A stretch of 64,000 nt of DNA from a virus. Below are positions 38,806 through 50,050 of the stretch, piece after piece. The notes beneath the pieces were generated by a model. It saw nothing but the letters and a program-made list of their open reading frames with translations. It was not told where the DNA came from and did no database searches. A program made the position numbers and the translations under genes. The stretch is from the IMG/VR virus record IMGVR_UViG_3300034166_000560; one strand, 5' to 3'. Every line of letters starts with the position of its first letter. The first letter of the stretch is position 1.

Positions 38806-40031
38806 GAATAGATTTCAAAACCTTTCTTTCAGAACAAGCAGCTGCCCCAGAAGGAAAAGCGCTAAAACACTTAACTCATGTCGAAGATCATGTCATTCAC
38901 AATGGTCATGATGGTGTTGCTACTGCCGACGAACATCTTCGTGGTATGCACGATATGTTACTTGGTAAAAGATCAAGTTTGCACGCTTCTACGAAATACG
39001 ATGGTGCACCATCAATTGTATTTGGACAGCATCCAGAAACTGGTCAGTTCTTCGTAGCATCAAAATCAGCGTTTAACAAAACGCCAAAGATTAATTATAC
39101 TGAAGAAGATATTGAACGTAATCATGGCCATGCTCCTGGATTAGTTGAAAAGCTAAAACATGCATTGCGTCATCTTCCTGGTATTATGCCACGTGAAGGC
39201 GGGATATATCAGGGCGACCTAATGCATACAGAGGGTGATGCAGTAACAAAAGACGGCAAAACTTCTATAACTCCAAATACATTATCATATTCTGCTGCAA
39301 GCGATTCGCCAGAAGGCAGAAATATGGCAAAGAAACTCGGTGTTGTCGTTCATACAAAGTATACTGGGCGTGGTGGTTTAGGTAGTATGTCAGCGCAGCC
39401 ACTAGATGATAAAACACGTGCTAAATTCAGAGATCATCCAGACGTTAATAATATTGATCCAACAATAGACGTTAATCCTTCTAATTATTCTCCAGAAGAT
39501 CAGAAGGCATTTCTTAATCATATGGATAAAGCTAAAAGAGTTTATGCTTCTATGAAACCAGAAGCAATGGACGCTGTTGCTGGACATGGAGCTAATCTAG
39601 AAGGCCATATTAATAATATGATTAGAACTGGCGGAACTGCATCAGTTCAGGGTTATATGGATCATTTAACTGCAAGACATCAGAAAGATCTAGAAAAAGT
39701 CAAGACAGACGCTTCCAAGCAAAAGAAAATACAAGCACATGGTGAATTGCTTTCTCACATCAGCAATAACAGAGAGCATTTCGAAAAGCTATTACAACTT
39801 CATGGTCATCTACAAGATGCCAAAAACGTTCTAGTTGGCGTTTTGGCTAAGAATGCTCCATACGAGCATAGCGTTGCTGGTGAGCACACTGGTCCAGAGG
39901 GAACAGTTGTTGTTGATAAAAAGGGTAATGCTTCGAAATTCAATAACAGAAGAGAATTCAATCGCCTAAATTTCTTGAAAGGCGCATTCCAGAAACAGCA
40001 GGTAGCAAATGCAGAAGCACAACTTCAGTAA
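38802..40031 (+). CDS. conserved T4-like protein with ligase-like KxDG motif
   Basis: KHL.H.ED, TKYDGAPS, YQGDL, PEG.VV. Confidence 0.65.
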   Translation: MRIDFKTFLSEQAAAPEGKALKHLTHVEDHVIHNGHDGVATADEHLRGMHDMLLGKRSSLHASTKYDGAPSIVFGQHPETGQFFVASKSAFNKTPKINYTEEDIERNHGHAPGLVEKLKHALRHLPGIMPREGGIYQGDLMHTEGDAVTKDGKTSITPNTLSYSAASDSPEGRNMAKKLGVVVHTKYTGRGGLGSMSAQPLDDKTRAKFRDHPDVNNIDPTIDVNPSNYSPEDQKAFLNHMDKAKRVYASMKPEAMDAVAGHGANLEGHINNMIRTGGTASVQGYMDHLTARHQKDLEKVKTDASKQKKIQAHGELLSHISNNREHFEKLLQLHGHLQDAKNVLVGVLAKNAPYEHSVAGEHTGPEGTVVVDKKGNASKFNNRREFNRLNFLKGAFQKQQVANAEAQLQ

Positions 40032-40926
40032 TTATTTTTTAGCAGAAGCAGATAAAACAACTCATGTAATGACATTCATGAGAGCCAATCCACCAACTAT
40101 TGGTCATGAGCGAGTTGTCAATCATGTTATGGATCTCGCTAAAAATTTAGATGCAAATCATAGCATAGTTCTATCTCATTCTTTTGATGGCGATAAGAAC
40201 CCATTAACTGCTGAACAGAAATTAAGACATGCACAGATAGCATTTCCTGGCGCTAATGTAACAACTTCATCGCCAGAATCTCCAACATTGTTACACCACG
40301 CTTCAGAATTACATAAGAAGGGCGTAAAGAATTTACACCTTGTTGTTGGGCAGGACAGAGTGGAACAGTTCCAACAACTATTATCTAGATATAACGGTCA
40401 AGAAGGACCACATGGATTCTTTAATTTCGATAATATTACTGTTCACTCTGCTGGTGGGCGTGATCCAGACGCTGAGGGCGTTGAAGGCGTTTCAGGAACA
40501 AGCCAAAGAAACCACGCAAGACTAGGAAACTTTGAAGGTTTCCGTGCAGGCGCTCCAAGTCGTATGACAGACGAACAAGCCGCTTCTCTAATGAATGATA
40601 TTCGTAACGCTAAAGCTCCAGAGAAACCAAAGAAGCCAGCAGCAAAGAAAAAACTTAAAGAAGATACAACAACTGCAGTAGATGTTAGAGGACTAGGATA
40701 TATAACTGGAGATCCAGCAGTCGATAGTTCTGTTACAACAAACGATGTTGATTCTAATTTCTTCAGAGGAGGATTAACTTCTTCGATAAAGAAAAGCGAT
40801 AATCCTTTGGCTGCTAGAATAGGTTTTAAATCGTTTAACCCTAATATGATCTCAAGAGATAAAACTCTACAATACTGGGACACAGACGAGAATGGTGACC
40901 CATTAAAGGGTAGAAGGAAGAAATAA
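40009..40926 (+). CDS. cytidylyltransferase-like protein
   Basis: R.NPPTIGH, KNPL, VVG.DR, SAG.RDPD. Confidence 0.8.
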   Translation: MQKHNFSNYFLAEADKTTHVMTFMRANPPTIGHERVVNHVMDLAKNLDANHSIVLSHSFDGDKNPLTAEQKLRHAQIAFPGANVTTSSPESPTLLHHASELHKKGVKNLHLVVGQDRVEQFQQLLSRYNGQEGPHGFFNFDNITVHSAGGRDPDAEGVEGVSGTSQRNHARLGNFEGFRAGAPSRMTDEQAASLMNDIRNAKAPEKPKKPAAKKKLKEDTTTAVDVRGLGYITGDPAVDSSVTTNDVDSNFFRGGLTSSIKKSDNPLAARIGFKSFNPNMISRDKTLQYWDTDENGDPLKGRRKK

Positions 40927-42233
40927 TGGCACAGTTTCGTAAAGACACTCATCAATATTTACCAGACGGTAAGACTATATTTGAAGTTGTTATGCTCGCC
41001 GATCAGTTTGGTAATCAAGTTGGTCCAGCAAATCCAACAGGAACTGCTGTTGATGCTTTTGGAAGAGCGAGAGTTTCGAGCCCATTAACTCTTTTTGATT
41101 CCTCTCATCGTTACCGTGATAACAATTTATGGTCCACTTCAAACACTGCCGGTGGAACTTATGCCTTTTCTACCAACGAAGGTCTTGTTAATCTAAACGT
41201 ATCTACTGCAACAGATGCAGAAGTTGTTCGTGAAACAACTAAAGTATTTTCTTATCAGCCTGGTAAATCCCTTCAGATTATGAACACTTTTGCTTTCAAT
41301 ACTGCAAAAGCTAATTTAAGACAACGTGTTGGATACTACGGCGCCAAAAATGGTTTTTATTTAGAATTAGATGGCACAACTCTTTCTTTTGTTGAAAGAA
41401 CTTATGTATCTGGTGGTTTACAAGAAACGAGAGTTTCTCAGGCAAATTGGAATATTGACAAATTAGACGGCGTTGGCGCTTCTCTGTTAACATTAGATAT
41501 CACAAAAGCTCAAATTCTGTGGATGGATATTGAATGGCTTGGTGTTGGTTGCGTTAGACTTGGGTTTGTTATTGATGGTAAATTTATTCATTGTCATACA
41601 TTCTATCATTCAAATTTGGTAACAACAACTTATATTACAACAGCTTCATTACCATGCCGTTATGAAATTAAAAATACTGGAACTACTTCTGGTTCAAGCA
41701 CCTTAAAACAAATTTGCACCTCTGTTATTTCAGAAGGTGGTTACGAACTAAGAGGATTACAACAAGCCATTGGAACAGCTATTGGCGCTCCTAGAGATTT
41801 AACAACAGTTAATACATATTATCCAGTTGTCTCAATTAGATTGAAGGCTTCTCCTGATAGACTGGATGCTATTGTTATTCTTACTGCTTTATCGATACTA
41901 GGAATAACCAACAATGCTAATTATAATTGGAGAGTAGTAGCTTCTGGTACAACTACAGGCGGAACATGGACTACTGCAGGAGATGATTCTGCTGTTGAAT
42001 ATAATCTTACAGGAACAAGTTTTGCTGGTGGAAGAATTTTGGCGTCCGGATGGACCAGTGGTTCTAATCAGGGTTCAAGTCCTGTTGATATTCTAAAAGA
42101 AGCACTATTTAAGTTTCAGCTGGAAAGAAATGGACTTACTTCCTCTCCTTATGAGTTAACATTAGTTGCTGCATCCGATGCTGGTGCTGCTGATATATAC
42201 GCTTCTATGGACTGGGAAGAAGTATCAAGATAA
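40926..42233 (+). CDS. putative virion structural protein
   Basis: DAFGR.RVS.P.TLFD, YQPGK, EWLGVG; beta-rich composition. Confidence 0.6.
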   Translation: MAQFRKDTHQYLPDGKTIFEVVMLADQFGNQVGPANPTGTAVDAFGRARVSSPLTLFDSSHRYRDNNLWSTSNTAGGTYAFSTNEGLVNLNVSTATDAEVVRETTKVFSYQPGKSLQIMNTFAFNTAKANLRQRVGYYGAKNGFYLELDGTTLSFVERTYVSGGLQETRVSQANWNIDKLDGVGASLLTLDITKAQILWMDIEWLGVGCVRLGFVIDGKFIHCHTFYHSNLVTTTYITTASLPCRYEIKNTGTTSGSSTLKQICTSVISEGGYELRGLQQAIGTAIGAPRDLTTVNTYYPVVSIRLKASPDRLDAIVILTALSILGITNNANYNWRVVASGTTTGGTWTTAGDDSAVEYNLTGTSFAGGRILASGWTSGSNQGSSPVDILKEALFKFQLERNGLTSSPYELTLVAASDAGAADIYASMDWEEVSR

Positions 42234-42313
42234 TATCTTTTATAAATAGAACGTCAGTGCGATAAGGCTATGGGCAGACTCGCATATATTAGGAAAACCC
42301 AAGGGAAACTCCG

Positions 42314-43255
42314 ATGAAAAAATACTCTACTTTTGGAACTCAGCTAGGCGAGTCTGCTCTAGATCTCACTGACAGAGCCAAGCTATCTCTCTATAAAAAA
42401 TCCCAAAATTCAGGCATCTCGACCGATATTCTTGAAGAAGTATATCGTAGGGGTTATCGTTGCTGGACCGAAGCATTCGGTGGCACACCAGAACAATTCG
42501 CATTCGATCGAGTTAATTCGTTTATTGCTGATGGATTTGCTGCACAACTCGATGAAGATCTCAAAAAGGCATGTTGGAAGGGCTACGAAGCCATTGGAAT
42601 GAAGAAAAAGAACGGTAAGACCGTTCCTAATTGCGTTCCAGTCAAAGAACAGTTGAACGCTCCGCTCCCACCAATCGAAACTATTGCCAAGAAATTCGAA
42701 AAGCCAGTTGAAACTATCAAGAGAGCTATCAAATCTGGTTCTAAGGTCGAAAAAGAACACACCAAAGATCAAACAACAGCCGAAAAAATCGCCAAAGCTC
42801 ATGTCAATGAGCGTCCAGATTATTACAAGAAACTCGATAAGGCTGGATTGGAAGAACAAGAAGAAGCAAGATCAAAAGATCCAAATAAGCCATGTTCAAG
42901 ATTTATTGGTTCTGACGAGCTAGTAACAATCTATAAGTCGCAGACTCCAGGTCAGATTGTTAAGAAAGTTGTTCGTGAAAATCTCGATGAAGCAACATAC
43001 AAGGGCAAAACTGTTCCCCTTAACAAGCCAATGAAGGGCGACGTTAAGAAATCAAAAGTTTTCGTTGACCCTGATGGCGACGGCAAAGCCAAGAAGGTAA
43101 ACTTCGGAGATAAGAAACTATCCATCAAGAAACATATTCCAGATCGTAAAAAGTCATATTGCGCTCGTTCATCAGGACAGGGTAATTTAACTGATAAGTC
43201 ATCAGCAAATTACTGGTCGAGACGTGCATGGAACTGCGAAGAGACCGAGGAATAA
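42314..43255 (+). CDS. multi-module late (head-associated) protein
   Basis: TATAAATA at 42241; modules CWKGY..VPNCVP, VEKEH..PDYY, KVNFGD..YWS. Confidence 0.65.
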   Translation: MKKYSTFGTQLGESALDLTDRAKLSLYKKSQNSGISTDILEEVYRRGYRCWTEAFGGTPEQFAFDRVNSFIADGFAAQLDEDLKKACWKGYEAIGMKKKNGKTVPNCVPVKEQLNAPLPPIETIAKKFEKPVETIKRAIKSGSKVEKEHTKDQTTAEKIAKAHVNERPDYYKKLDKAGLEEQEEARSKDPNKPCSRFIGSDELVTIYKSQTPGQIVKKVVRENLDEATYKGKTVPLNKPMKGDVKKSKVFVDPDGDGKAKKVNFGDKKLSIKKHIPDRKKSYCARSSGQGNLTDKSSANYWSRRAWNCEETEE

Positions 43256-43257
43256 TC

Positions 43258-43704
43258 ATGATTGGTAAAATAGAACCATACGACGCAATTAAAGTTGCAT
43301 TAGCAGACACTTACGTTTTCAGCGTCAAGGTTCAAGGCTATCATTGGAATGTAACTGGTCCTCATTTCTCAGAATATCATAAGTTTTTTGGTGAATTGTA
43401 TGAAGAATTGTCTGGCGCTATTGATGTAATAGCAGAAGGTATTAGAACCTTAGATGCATTTGCTCCAGGTTCTATGAAAAGATATCTCGAGTTAACAACT
43501 ATCGATGAAGCAACTAATATTCCTGATGGTCTAGTTATGATGAGCAAACTATCTTCTGATAATGAAAGAGTTATTGCTTCTCTTACCTCTGCTTACGAAC
43601 TTTGCGAAAAGCATAAGCATTATGGTGTATCAAACATGTTACAAGACCGCATCCAGGCTCACCAGAAGCATGGTTGGATGCTACGTTCTTTCATAAAGGC
43701 ATAA
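43258..43704 (+). CDS. dps: Dps ferritin-like protein
   Basis: YHWNV.G..F...H..F...Y......D..AE, KH.WML. Confidence 0.9.
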   Translation: MIGKIEPYDAIKVALADTYVFSVKVQGYHWNVTGPHFSEYHKFFGELYEELSGAIDVIAEGIRTLDAFAPGSMKRYLELTTIDEATNIPDGLVMMSKLSSDNERVIASLTSAYELCEKHKHYGVSNMLQDRIQAHQKHGWMLRSFIKA

Positions 43705-43707
43705 CAA

Positions 43708-45093
43708 ATGAAAAGTTTAGAACATCTTATCAGAGAGATTCAAGAAGGTAAGGCTGAAAAGTCTGAAAAGAAAACTCTCGAAGGTTCAATCAGAAACGTC
43801 ATGAGCAAAGAGTCTTCATACGCTGCTAAGGATAGCAAGCCAGTTGATGAACATTGCGGTTGCGAAGACGAGAAGAAAAAGAAAATAAGCAAGGAAGATG
43901 GAGATAAACTTCCTGGCTCTGAAGATAAGATGGACGAAGCTATCGGAACTCTTGGTACTGACAAGTATCAGGGAACAGAATTTAAATCAATCAGAACAGC
44001 AACTCCACATATTCAGCCTCCAAAGGGCGATGAAACTCATTCACAGGCTCCAGAGAATGCTTCACGCCTAAGAAATATTGCTAAAGAAAAAGGCGGTATC
44101 AATAGAGTTAGTGAAGAATCAGGATTACAAGAATTAGTAAAAACCAAAGGGTTTGGTATTGATACTCTTTTGAATTTAGTTCCTGCAGGAAGAGCTTTAA
44201 CTGTTGCTAAGAGAGTGTTAGAACCAACAACTCTTGGTGCAGAAAATGAATTTGCCAGACAAGCTGCTCAAGGCTTAAAGGCTCCTCCAAAAACTCCAGA
44301 ATTACCTGCACCTACACCAACAAAGGTTGCGCCAGAAGCAAAACCACCAGCAGTTGTTCCTGCTAAACCATCTACTGTGCCTGCAAAGGTTCCAGAGACC
44401 ACGCCAGCTAAAGTTCCAGAACTACCAACACAAGTTCCAGCTAAAGCTCCAGTGAAAACTCCAGAACTTCCAGCAGAAATTCCAGCCAAAGCACCAGTAA
44501 AGGCTCCTGAAGCTCCTAAAGTTGATACTGCAACTTTAACTAAAACAGCAACTGCAACTAAGCCAGCCGAAGAAGTTAAAACAAAATCAAAAGAGCAGCC
44601 AGCAAAAGCTCCATCTGCTCCACCTCCTCCACCACCACAAGACAAAAAAGGTGAGAAGCCTTCAAGAAAAAGAGATATTTCTCTTGGACTTGGTGGTATG
44701 GCTGATGCAACTCAATATGTTGGTAAACCGCACATTCAAGCTCCATGGAAAATTCATGGAACAAAACCACATAGAGTGCACGAAAGTTCTGGTACTGATG
44801 TAAGAAAGAAAATTTACGATATGCCAATCGGTGGTGAACGTAAAGAAACTTCTTATGTTGGTAGACCAAACGATGATGTAAAGGGAACATCAGAAAAACT
44901 TTCAAGACAGGCACAATATAAAATTAAGATTATTGACGAAAGCAAGAAACTTGCTGGAATTGTTAAAGAAGCCATCAAAGAGAAAAAAGAGATTTTGGAT
45001 AAGCCTACAAAAGTTTTCGACTACGGTAAGGGCGATCTTGTTGTTATCAATCCAGATCCTAAGAAAAATACTCTAGATGTCAAAGATCAATAA
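43708..45093 (+). CDS. Pro/Ala/Lys-repeat hypothetical virion protein
   Basis: PAKVPE repeats. Confidence 0.65.
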   Translation: MKSLEHLIREIQEGKAEKSEKKTLEGSIRNVMSKESSYAAKDSKPVDEHCGCEDEKKKKISKEDGDKLPGSEDKMDEAIGTLGTDKYQGTEFKSIRTATPHIQPPKGDETHSQAPENASRLRNIAKEKGGINRVSEESGLQELVKTKGFGIDTLLNLVPAGRALTVAKRVLEPTTLGAENEFARQAAQGLKAPPKTPELPAPTPTKVAPEAKPPAVVPAKPSTVPAKVPETTPAKVPELPTQVPAKAPVKTPELPAEIPAKAPVKAPEAPKVDTATLTKTATATKPAEEVKTKSKEQPAKAPSAPPPPPPQDKKGEKPSRKRDISLGLGGMADATQYVGKPHIQAPWKIHGTKPHRVHESSGTDVRKKIYDMPIGGERKETSYVGRPNDDVKGTSEKLSRQAQYKIKIIDESKKLAGIVKEAIKEKKEILDKPTKVFDYGKGDLVVINPDPKKNTLDVKDQ

Positions 45094-45125
45094 ATATATT
45101 AAAACTTTTTTAAAGGAACCAAAAG

Positions 45126-47483
45126 ATGTCTGAAGATAAGAAAACAATCCAGGAAGCTCTTGCTGAAGTTCAGAAAAACGCAGAGTTAAAAAGAGTAGAA
45201 GAAGCCAAAAAGGTTTGGGGCGAAGCATTGCAAATTGATGAAGCCATGGCTGCTGCACCACCACCATCTTTTGATCCACCAGCAATCAGTGGTCAAAGAA
45301 TGGCTGGAACTGTAAAACGTAGTGGAACTGCTACTGGTAGATTTGTTCAGCCACAGAGAGTTACCGCTAGTGCACCTGGAAAGACTCCAAGTAGAGCATT
45401 AGTTCCAACAGGCGGTAGAACTCCTGTTGCTAGTTCTTCATCAACTCCAAGCGCTCCAAGTGGATCAAAAGGATTAACTACAACTGGCAGCACTTCTGTC
45501 GCTCCTTCAGCAGCTAGTGCTCCAAAAACAGGTTTTGCAGGTAAGCTACCAACTGAACATGGATTCCGTGCTCATAGCATTCCAGGTTCTGGTGGTGCTG
45601 CTAGTGCTGGCGATAAAGTAAGAAATGTTACAAAATATCTTGGACCTATCGGCGCTGCAGCTATTGGTGGCGCTCAGGCAAGTAATATTCTTGGTGGTCT
45701 TGCTACTGGTACAGAAACTGGACGTAATATTGGTAAAGCTATTGGCGAATTACCAGGCGCACAGACAGCTGCTAATCTTATGAGAAAAGCTGGCGAAGCA
45801 ATTGGCGTAAGACCAAAAGCAGAACCAGAAACACCAACTCCTGCACCTTCAGCAGCACCAAAGGCAGAAACAACTCCAAAGGTTGCTGCCCCAACTCCTG
45901 CACCATCAGCTGCTCCAAAGGTAGCAACTTCTACATCTACTGCTACTGCTGCCCCAAAGGCAGCGCCATCAACTGCAAAAGAAGTTCCAACTATTAAGGC
46001 TCCTTCTGAGCCAGCTAAAGTTGCTCCTTCTGCTGCACCAAAAACAGCTGATACTTCTGCTACAACAACTAAGGGTGGTTATTTTACTAAGTCACCAAAT
46101 GTATCAAAGGGCGACTATACTATTAAATCAGGTGATACGCTTTCCGATATCGCAAAGACTCATGGCACATCAGTTGGCGCTATCCAGTCAATGAACAAAG
46201 GTTTGACTGACGTTAATAAGATTGCTGCTGGCGGTTCACTAAATCTGCCAACTACTACAAAATCACCAGAAACAGAATCAGGAAAGAAAAAGAAAATGTC
46301 AGAAGATACAAACCCACTAATTGCAGCATTCTTAGACCTACAGGCTAAGAATCCAGAAAACATGTTCGTTGAAGCTAAAAAGCTATCAAAGAAGCAGGAT
46401 GAAAAGCTAGACGTTGTTGATGACGACAAGATTGATGCTAAGGATCTTGCTGCTCTACGTGCTGGTAAGAAGAAGGTTGATGAAGCTAATATTGATCCAG
46501 TTGTAACTGGTTCTTCTTCAGTCACAAAAGATAAAAAAGGCTACGTTGATCCATCAACACCAAAGGTTCCTTATTCAGAACTACCAAAGCCAGGTAACGC
46601 TGCTGGTGATGTTCTTTCAAAGGCAAAGAACGCTCTTGATAAAACAGGCGTTAAGGAAGAAGTCGAGATTGACGAAATGCGTGACCGTCCAAAGAAGGAC
46701 GATGTAAATCGTCGTAAACGTGATGCTGTTGCTATGAAATTGGGGCATGATAATCCAGAAGGTCGTAATAATAATTACAACGCTCCTGTCAGCATGCTTA
46801 AACACGGTCGCAAACTTATGAAGCAAGGTGTTACTAAAGAAGAAACTGAAGTAACTTTCTCTCAGGCAGAAATCGACCATATTAACTCTTTTTTTCTTGA
46901 AGCCTCTGTAGCACCAGTAGATCCAGAAACTACAGAGGCCAAACCTACTTCTGAAAAACTTTCACAGAATGATCTTACTGCGACAGCTGAAAGTGGAAAA
47001 AGAAAACTAAAAGAAGGAACTTGGAGCAGTTCAAGAATGTCTCATCCAAGACCAATGAGCTTATCATCCGGTGGTGGATTAGATTCAGAAAAAAGAAAAG
47101 CTCTTGCGGCTAGTATGGCCAAATATAAGCCTAATATGAAAGCTGGTGAATCGGACGAAGAATATAAAGCCAGAACTACAAAAAACGCTGCAAGTCAAAG
47201 AGCAGCAGTTGGAATGAAAGAGGAAACTCTTGAAGAAGGTCGTCCAAAGAAGAACCCAGAACCTGAAACAACTGAACGTGATCCACGTAAGCATATTCAG
47301 GTAGAGGCAGGACGTGCTGCTGCTGGTAATGTTGTTGACTTCCATCACAATGATGGTACAACTTCAAAGATTACACCAGGTATGGGTAGAAGAATTACTT
47401 CTCACCTTAATGGTCTAAAGCCAGCTGATCGTCAAGCTGCTGTTAATAAAATGCATGACAGTGCAGAAGGACTAAAGGTTTAA
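45126..47483 (+). CDS. LysM-domain, Pro/Ala/Thr-rich protein
   Basis: YTIKSGDTLSDIA LysM motif; APSAAPK repeats. Confidence 0.8.
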   Translation: MSEDKKTIQEALAEVQKNAELKRVEEAKKVWGEALQIDEAMAAAPPPSFDPPAISGQRMAGTVKRSGTATGRFVQPQRVTASAPGKTPSRALVPTGGRTPVASSSSTPSAPSGSKGLTTTGSTSVAPSAASAPKTGFAGKLPTEHGFRAHSIPGSGGAASAGDKVRNVTKYLGPIGAAAIGGAQASNILGGLATGTETGRNIGKAIGELPGAQTAANLMRKAGEAIGVRPKAEPETPTPAPSAAPKAETTPKVAAPTPAPSAAPKVATSTSTATAAPKAAPSTAKEVPTIKAPSEPAKVAPSAAPKTADTSATTTKGGYFTKSPNVSKGDYTIKSGDTLSDIAKTHGTSVGAIQSMNKGLTDVNKIAAGGSLNLPTTTKSPETESGKKKKMSEDTNPLIAAFLDLQAKNPENMFVEAKKLSKKQDEKLDVVDDDKIDAKDLAALRAGKKKVDEANIDPVVTGSSSVTKDKKGYVDPSTPKVPYSELPKPGNAAGDVLSKAKNALDKTGVKEEVEIDEMRDRPKKDDVNRRKRDAVAMKLGHDNPEGRNNNYNAPVSMLKHGRKLMKQGVTKEETEVTFSQAEIDHINSFFLEASVAPVDPETTEAKPTSEKLSQNDLTATAESGKRKLKEGTWSSSRMSHPRPMSLSSGGGLDSEKRKALAASMAKYKPNMKAGESDEEYKARTTKNAASQRAAVGMKEETLEEGRPKKNPEPETTERDPRKHIQVEAGRAAAGNVVDFHHNDGTTSKITPGMGRRITSHLNGLKPADRQAAVNKMHDSAEGLKV

Positions 47484-47731
47484 TGGCCGTTATTGCTAAG
47501 AATATCGTTCTAGGAGAGGTTGCTAAACCAGCAGCCCCTCCGGAACCACCAAAACATGTTAGTATTTTTGAAAAACTTAGACAACATTCAGTTGTAGAAG
47601 AAAAACCAAAACCTGTTATTGAAGAAGCCCCAGAAAAGTATCATCATATTAAAGACGGAGAGCTTCATAAAATGATTAATAAAAAGTCAGAATATCTTAA
47701 TGATATGTTGGCTCTCGAAAAAAATAAATAG
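47483..47731 (+). CDS. hypothetical protein
   Basis: Coupled ORF. Confidence 0.55.
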   Translation: MAVIAKNIVLGEVAKPAAPPEPPKHVSIFEKLRQHSVVEEKPKPVIEEAPEKYHHIKDGELHKMINKKSEYLNDMLALEKNK

Positions 47732-47762
47732 AGAAATAGAATTCTTTTAGGAGGAATATCAA

Positions 47763-48392
47763 ATGCCATTATGGGGTAAAAACGACGCTGCTTCTAATTC
47801 AACTATCTACGCACCAGCGCAGATGAAGCAGGCACCAAACACAGCCAATAGAGATCTTCTATTCGGTAATACAACAGCTAATGCTTATTTCGACGGCGTA
47901 ACTGTCGGACAGTATGCAGTTGACTCAAACGAAATCGCAGCTGGTGGTGGCAAGGTTGCTCACACTGGCTGGGTTCTAAGAACTGTTGGTCAGGGAGGAC
48001 GTGCTGGCCGTGTAATGACAGAAGTTCTAGTTGCTGGTGGTATCACTGGTGATGCTTCTGATGATACGCCATTCCCAGATTATACTTTAACAATTACAAC
48101 CAATCCATTAGCCAATAGTGGCAGTATTTCTGGTAATATAACAAGAACATTTACTGTTGCTGCTGCTTCAACACCATCAGGAGCCTCATTAAGCTACCTT
48201 TGGTACTATTCAACAGACAACGTAACATTCAACACTACAGCCGCTGTATCTGGCTTCTCAAACCAGACAACTGCAACTCTAAGCGCAAACGTAGCAACTC
48301 TTGGTGCCAACGTTTGGGTCAAGGCTGTCGTTTCTGCTACAGGCGCTGCAAGCGTCAATTCTACAGCAGCCAAGTTTACTGCTACAGCTTAA
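47763..48392 (+). CDS. virion structural protein with Ig-like C-terminal domain
   Basis: MPLWG, H.GWV, GR...EVLVA, LSY.W. Confidence 0.7.
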   Translation: MPLWGKNDAASNSTIYAPAQMKQAPNTANRDLLFGNTTANAYFDGVTVGQYAVDSNEIAAGGGKVAHTGWVLRTVGQGGRAGRVMTEVLVAGGITGDASDDTPFPDYTLTITTNPLANSGSISGNITRTFTVAAASTPSGASLSYLWYYSTDNVTFNTTAAVSGFSNQTTATLSANVATLGANVWVKAVVSATGAASVNSTAAKFTATA

Positions 48393-48402
48393 TAGGTGAT
48401 AG

Positions 48403-49992
48403 ATGACAGATAACAGCAAAAAAGTTTCTGAATTACCAACAGCTGCTAATGTGACGTCAACTGATAGGGTCTTAGTCCTCCGAGACCCTTCAGGGACTCC
48501 ATCAGTAAGAACTGTTAATGTGAGCATTTTTGCTGCTAATCTAATCATATCAAATACTGTTCCAGGCACTGCAGACGCTTCTGGTTTGCCTGGAACGATT
48601 CGTTACGATTCTTCTTACATCTATGTCTGTGTGGCCAATAACACATGGAAACGAGCACAACTTAGCACTTGGTCGTAATGAATGATATTTTGAATGATAA
48701 AAACTTTTTGTTATTTTGCGCTCATCATTATGATAATGCAAAGTATGTATCGACTGAAGATTTTTTAGAAGATCTTAACAGAATTAAATATATTAAAAAA
48801 CTTATTACTAGATATGTTGAGTATGGGGAACTGAAAGAGCGACTTATACTCAACCATATTATTGTTCTGAATAATTGTTTTGGAGCTGATGCTTGTTGTA
48901 AAATACTTTATTTCAAGTTAAAGCCTCAAATGAAATACATAAAACCATTTCTTATATTATTGAATATATTGCCTGATAGAATTTTTAATGTTGGTGGTGA
49001 AACCGTTGTTGACACAGACTTGATAGAAATGGACGAAGAAATCGTAGCAAGGTTAAGGAAAGTTTAATGGAAAACATTAACAAATTTATTAAATTTGCTG
49101 CGAAAGAGTTACAGTTACCTTCGTTACCAAAAATACATTTGGTTGGTAAAGAAGAGGACAAATATTCAGCCTTTGGTCATTCTAAAGGCGATGCAATCTG
49201 GGTGAGAGTTACTGGTAGACATCCAGGGGATATTATGAGAACTATTGCACACGAATTAACACATTATAGTCAGAATCACAGAGGAGCAAAGGGCGAGAAA
49301 ATGAGAGAAGATCAAGCTAATGCTCTTGCTGGCAGACTAATGAGAAAATTCAATACAGAAAATCCAGAAGTTTTTAAAGATTCTCCTATTCCAGAAGAAG
49401 TCGCATCAAACGTTCCAAACAATTTGATGGGCGCTTCTAGTTCCGCCTCTGACAGTAAAGGCGGCATTGCAACTTTTGAACCTTTATTGGGAAAAAAGAA
49501 AAACACTCAGAACACATTCCTTACTCAACGTGTTCATGATATGAAAAAACTATCCGACATTATTGGTAGTAATTCTACTCTGAAAAAGTTAAACACTAAA
49601 TTCAAGAGAACTCAATAATGGCAGACCTAGAATTCAGACAAGCTAAAATCGAAGATGCTATAACTAAACTTACTGAGATCTCTGCAGACCTCAACAAGAT
49701 GGTTGCAGTGCACGAACTACGTATAACTCAACAAGAGAAAATGACCGATAGCATCGAGATCATTCTTGAAAAAAGAAGAGATGAAGTAGAAGCTAAAGAA
49801 GAAGCTATTTACGAAACTATTGAAAAAGAAAAAAATGAATTCACTAGAAAAATGGATGAATCTTTTGAAAGCGTTTCGAAAAAGATAGATGCTCTTGAGA
49901 AGATGATGTGGGTGTATGGTGGTGGATTTGCTCTTGCTGCATTCATTATCGCAAACTGGGGCGATGTAGCCAAACTTCTCCTAAAAAATTAA
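48403..49992 (+). CDS. four late ORFs: 48403-48678 structural-like, 48678-49067 conserved, 49067-49618 HExxH zincin-like, 49618-49992 coiled coil plus TM
   Basis: Coupled ORFs; IAHELTH motif in the third. Confidence 0.65.
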
Positions 49993-50050
49993 TTTGTCTT
50001 TTTTGAAAAACCCAGTATAATCATATTTGAGGTTATATTATGGAGTTGTT

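Noticed and set aside
44270-46050. degenerate nucleotide repeats
   Set aside because: Explained by Pro/Ala/Lys peptide repeats in coding sequence
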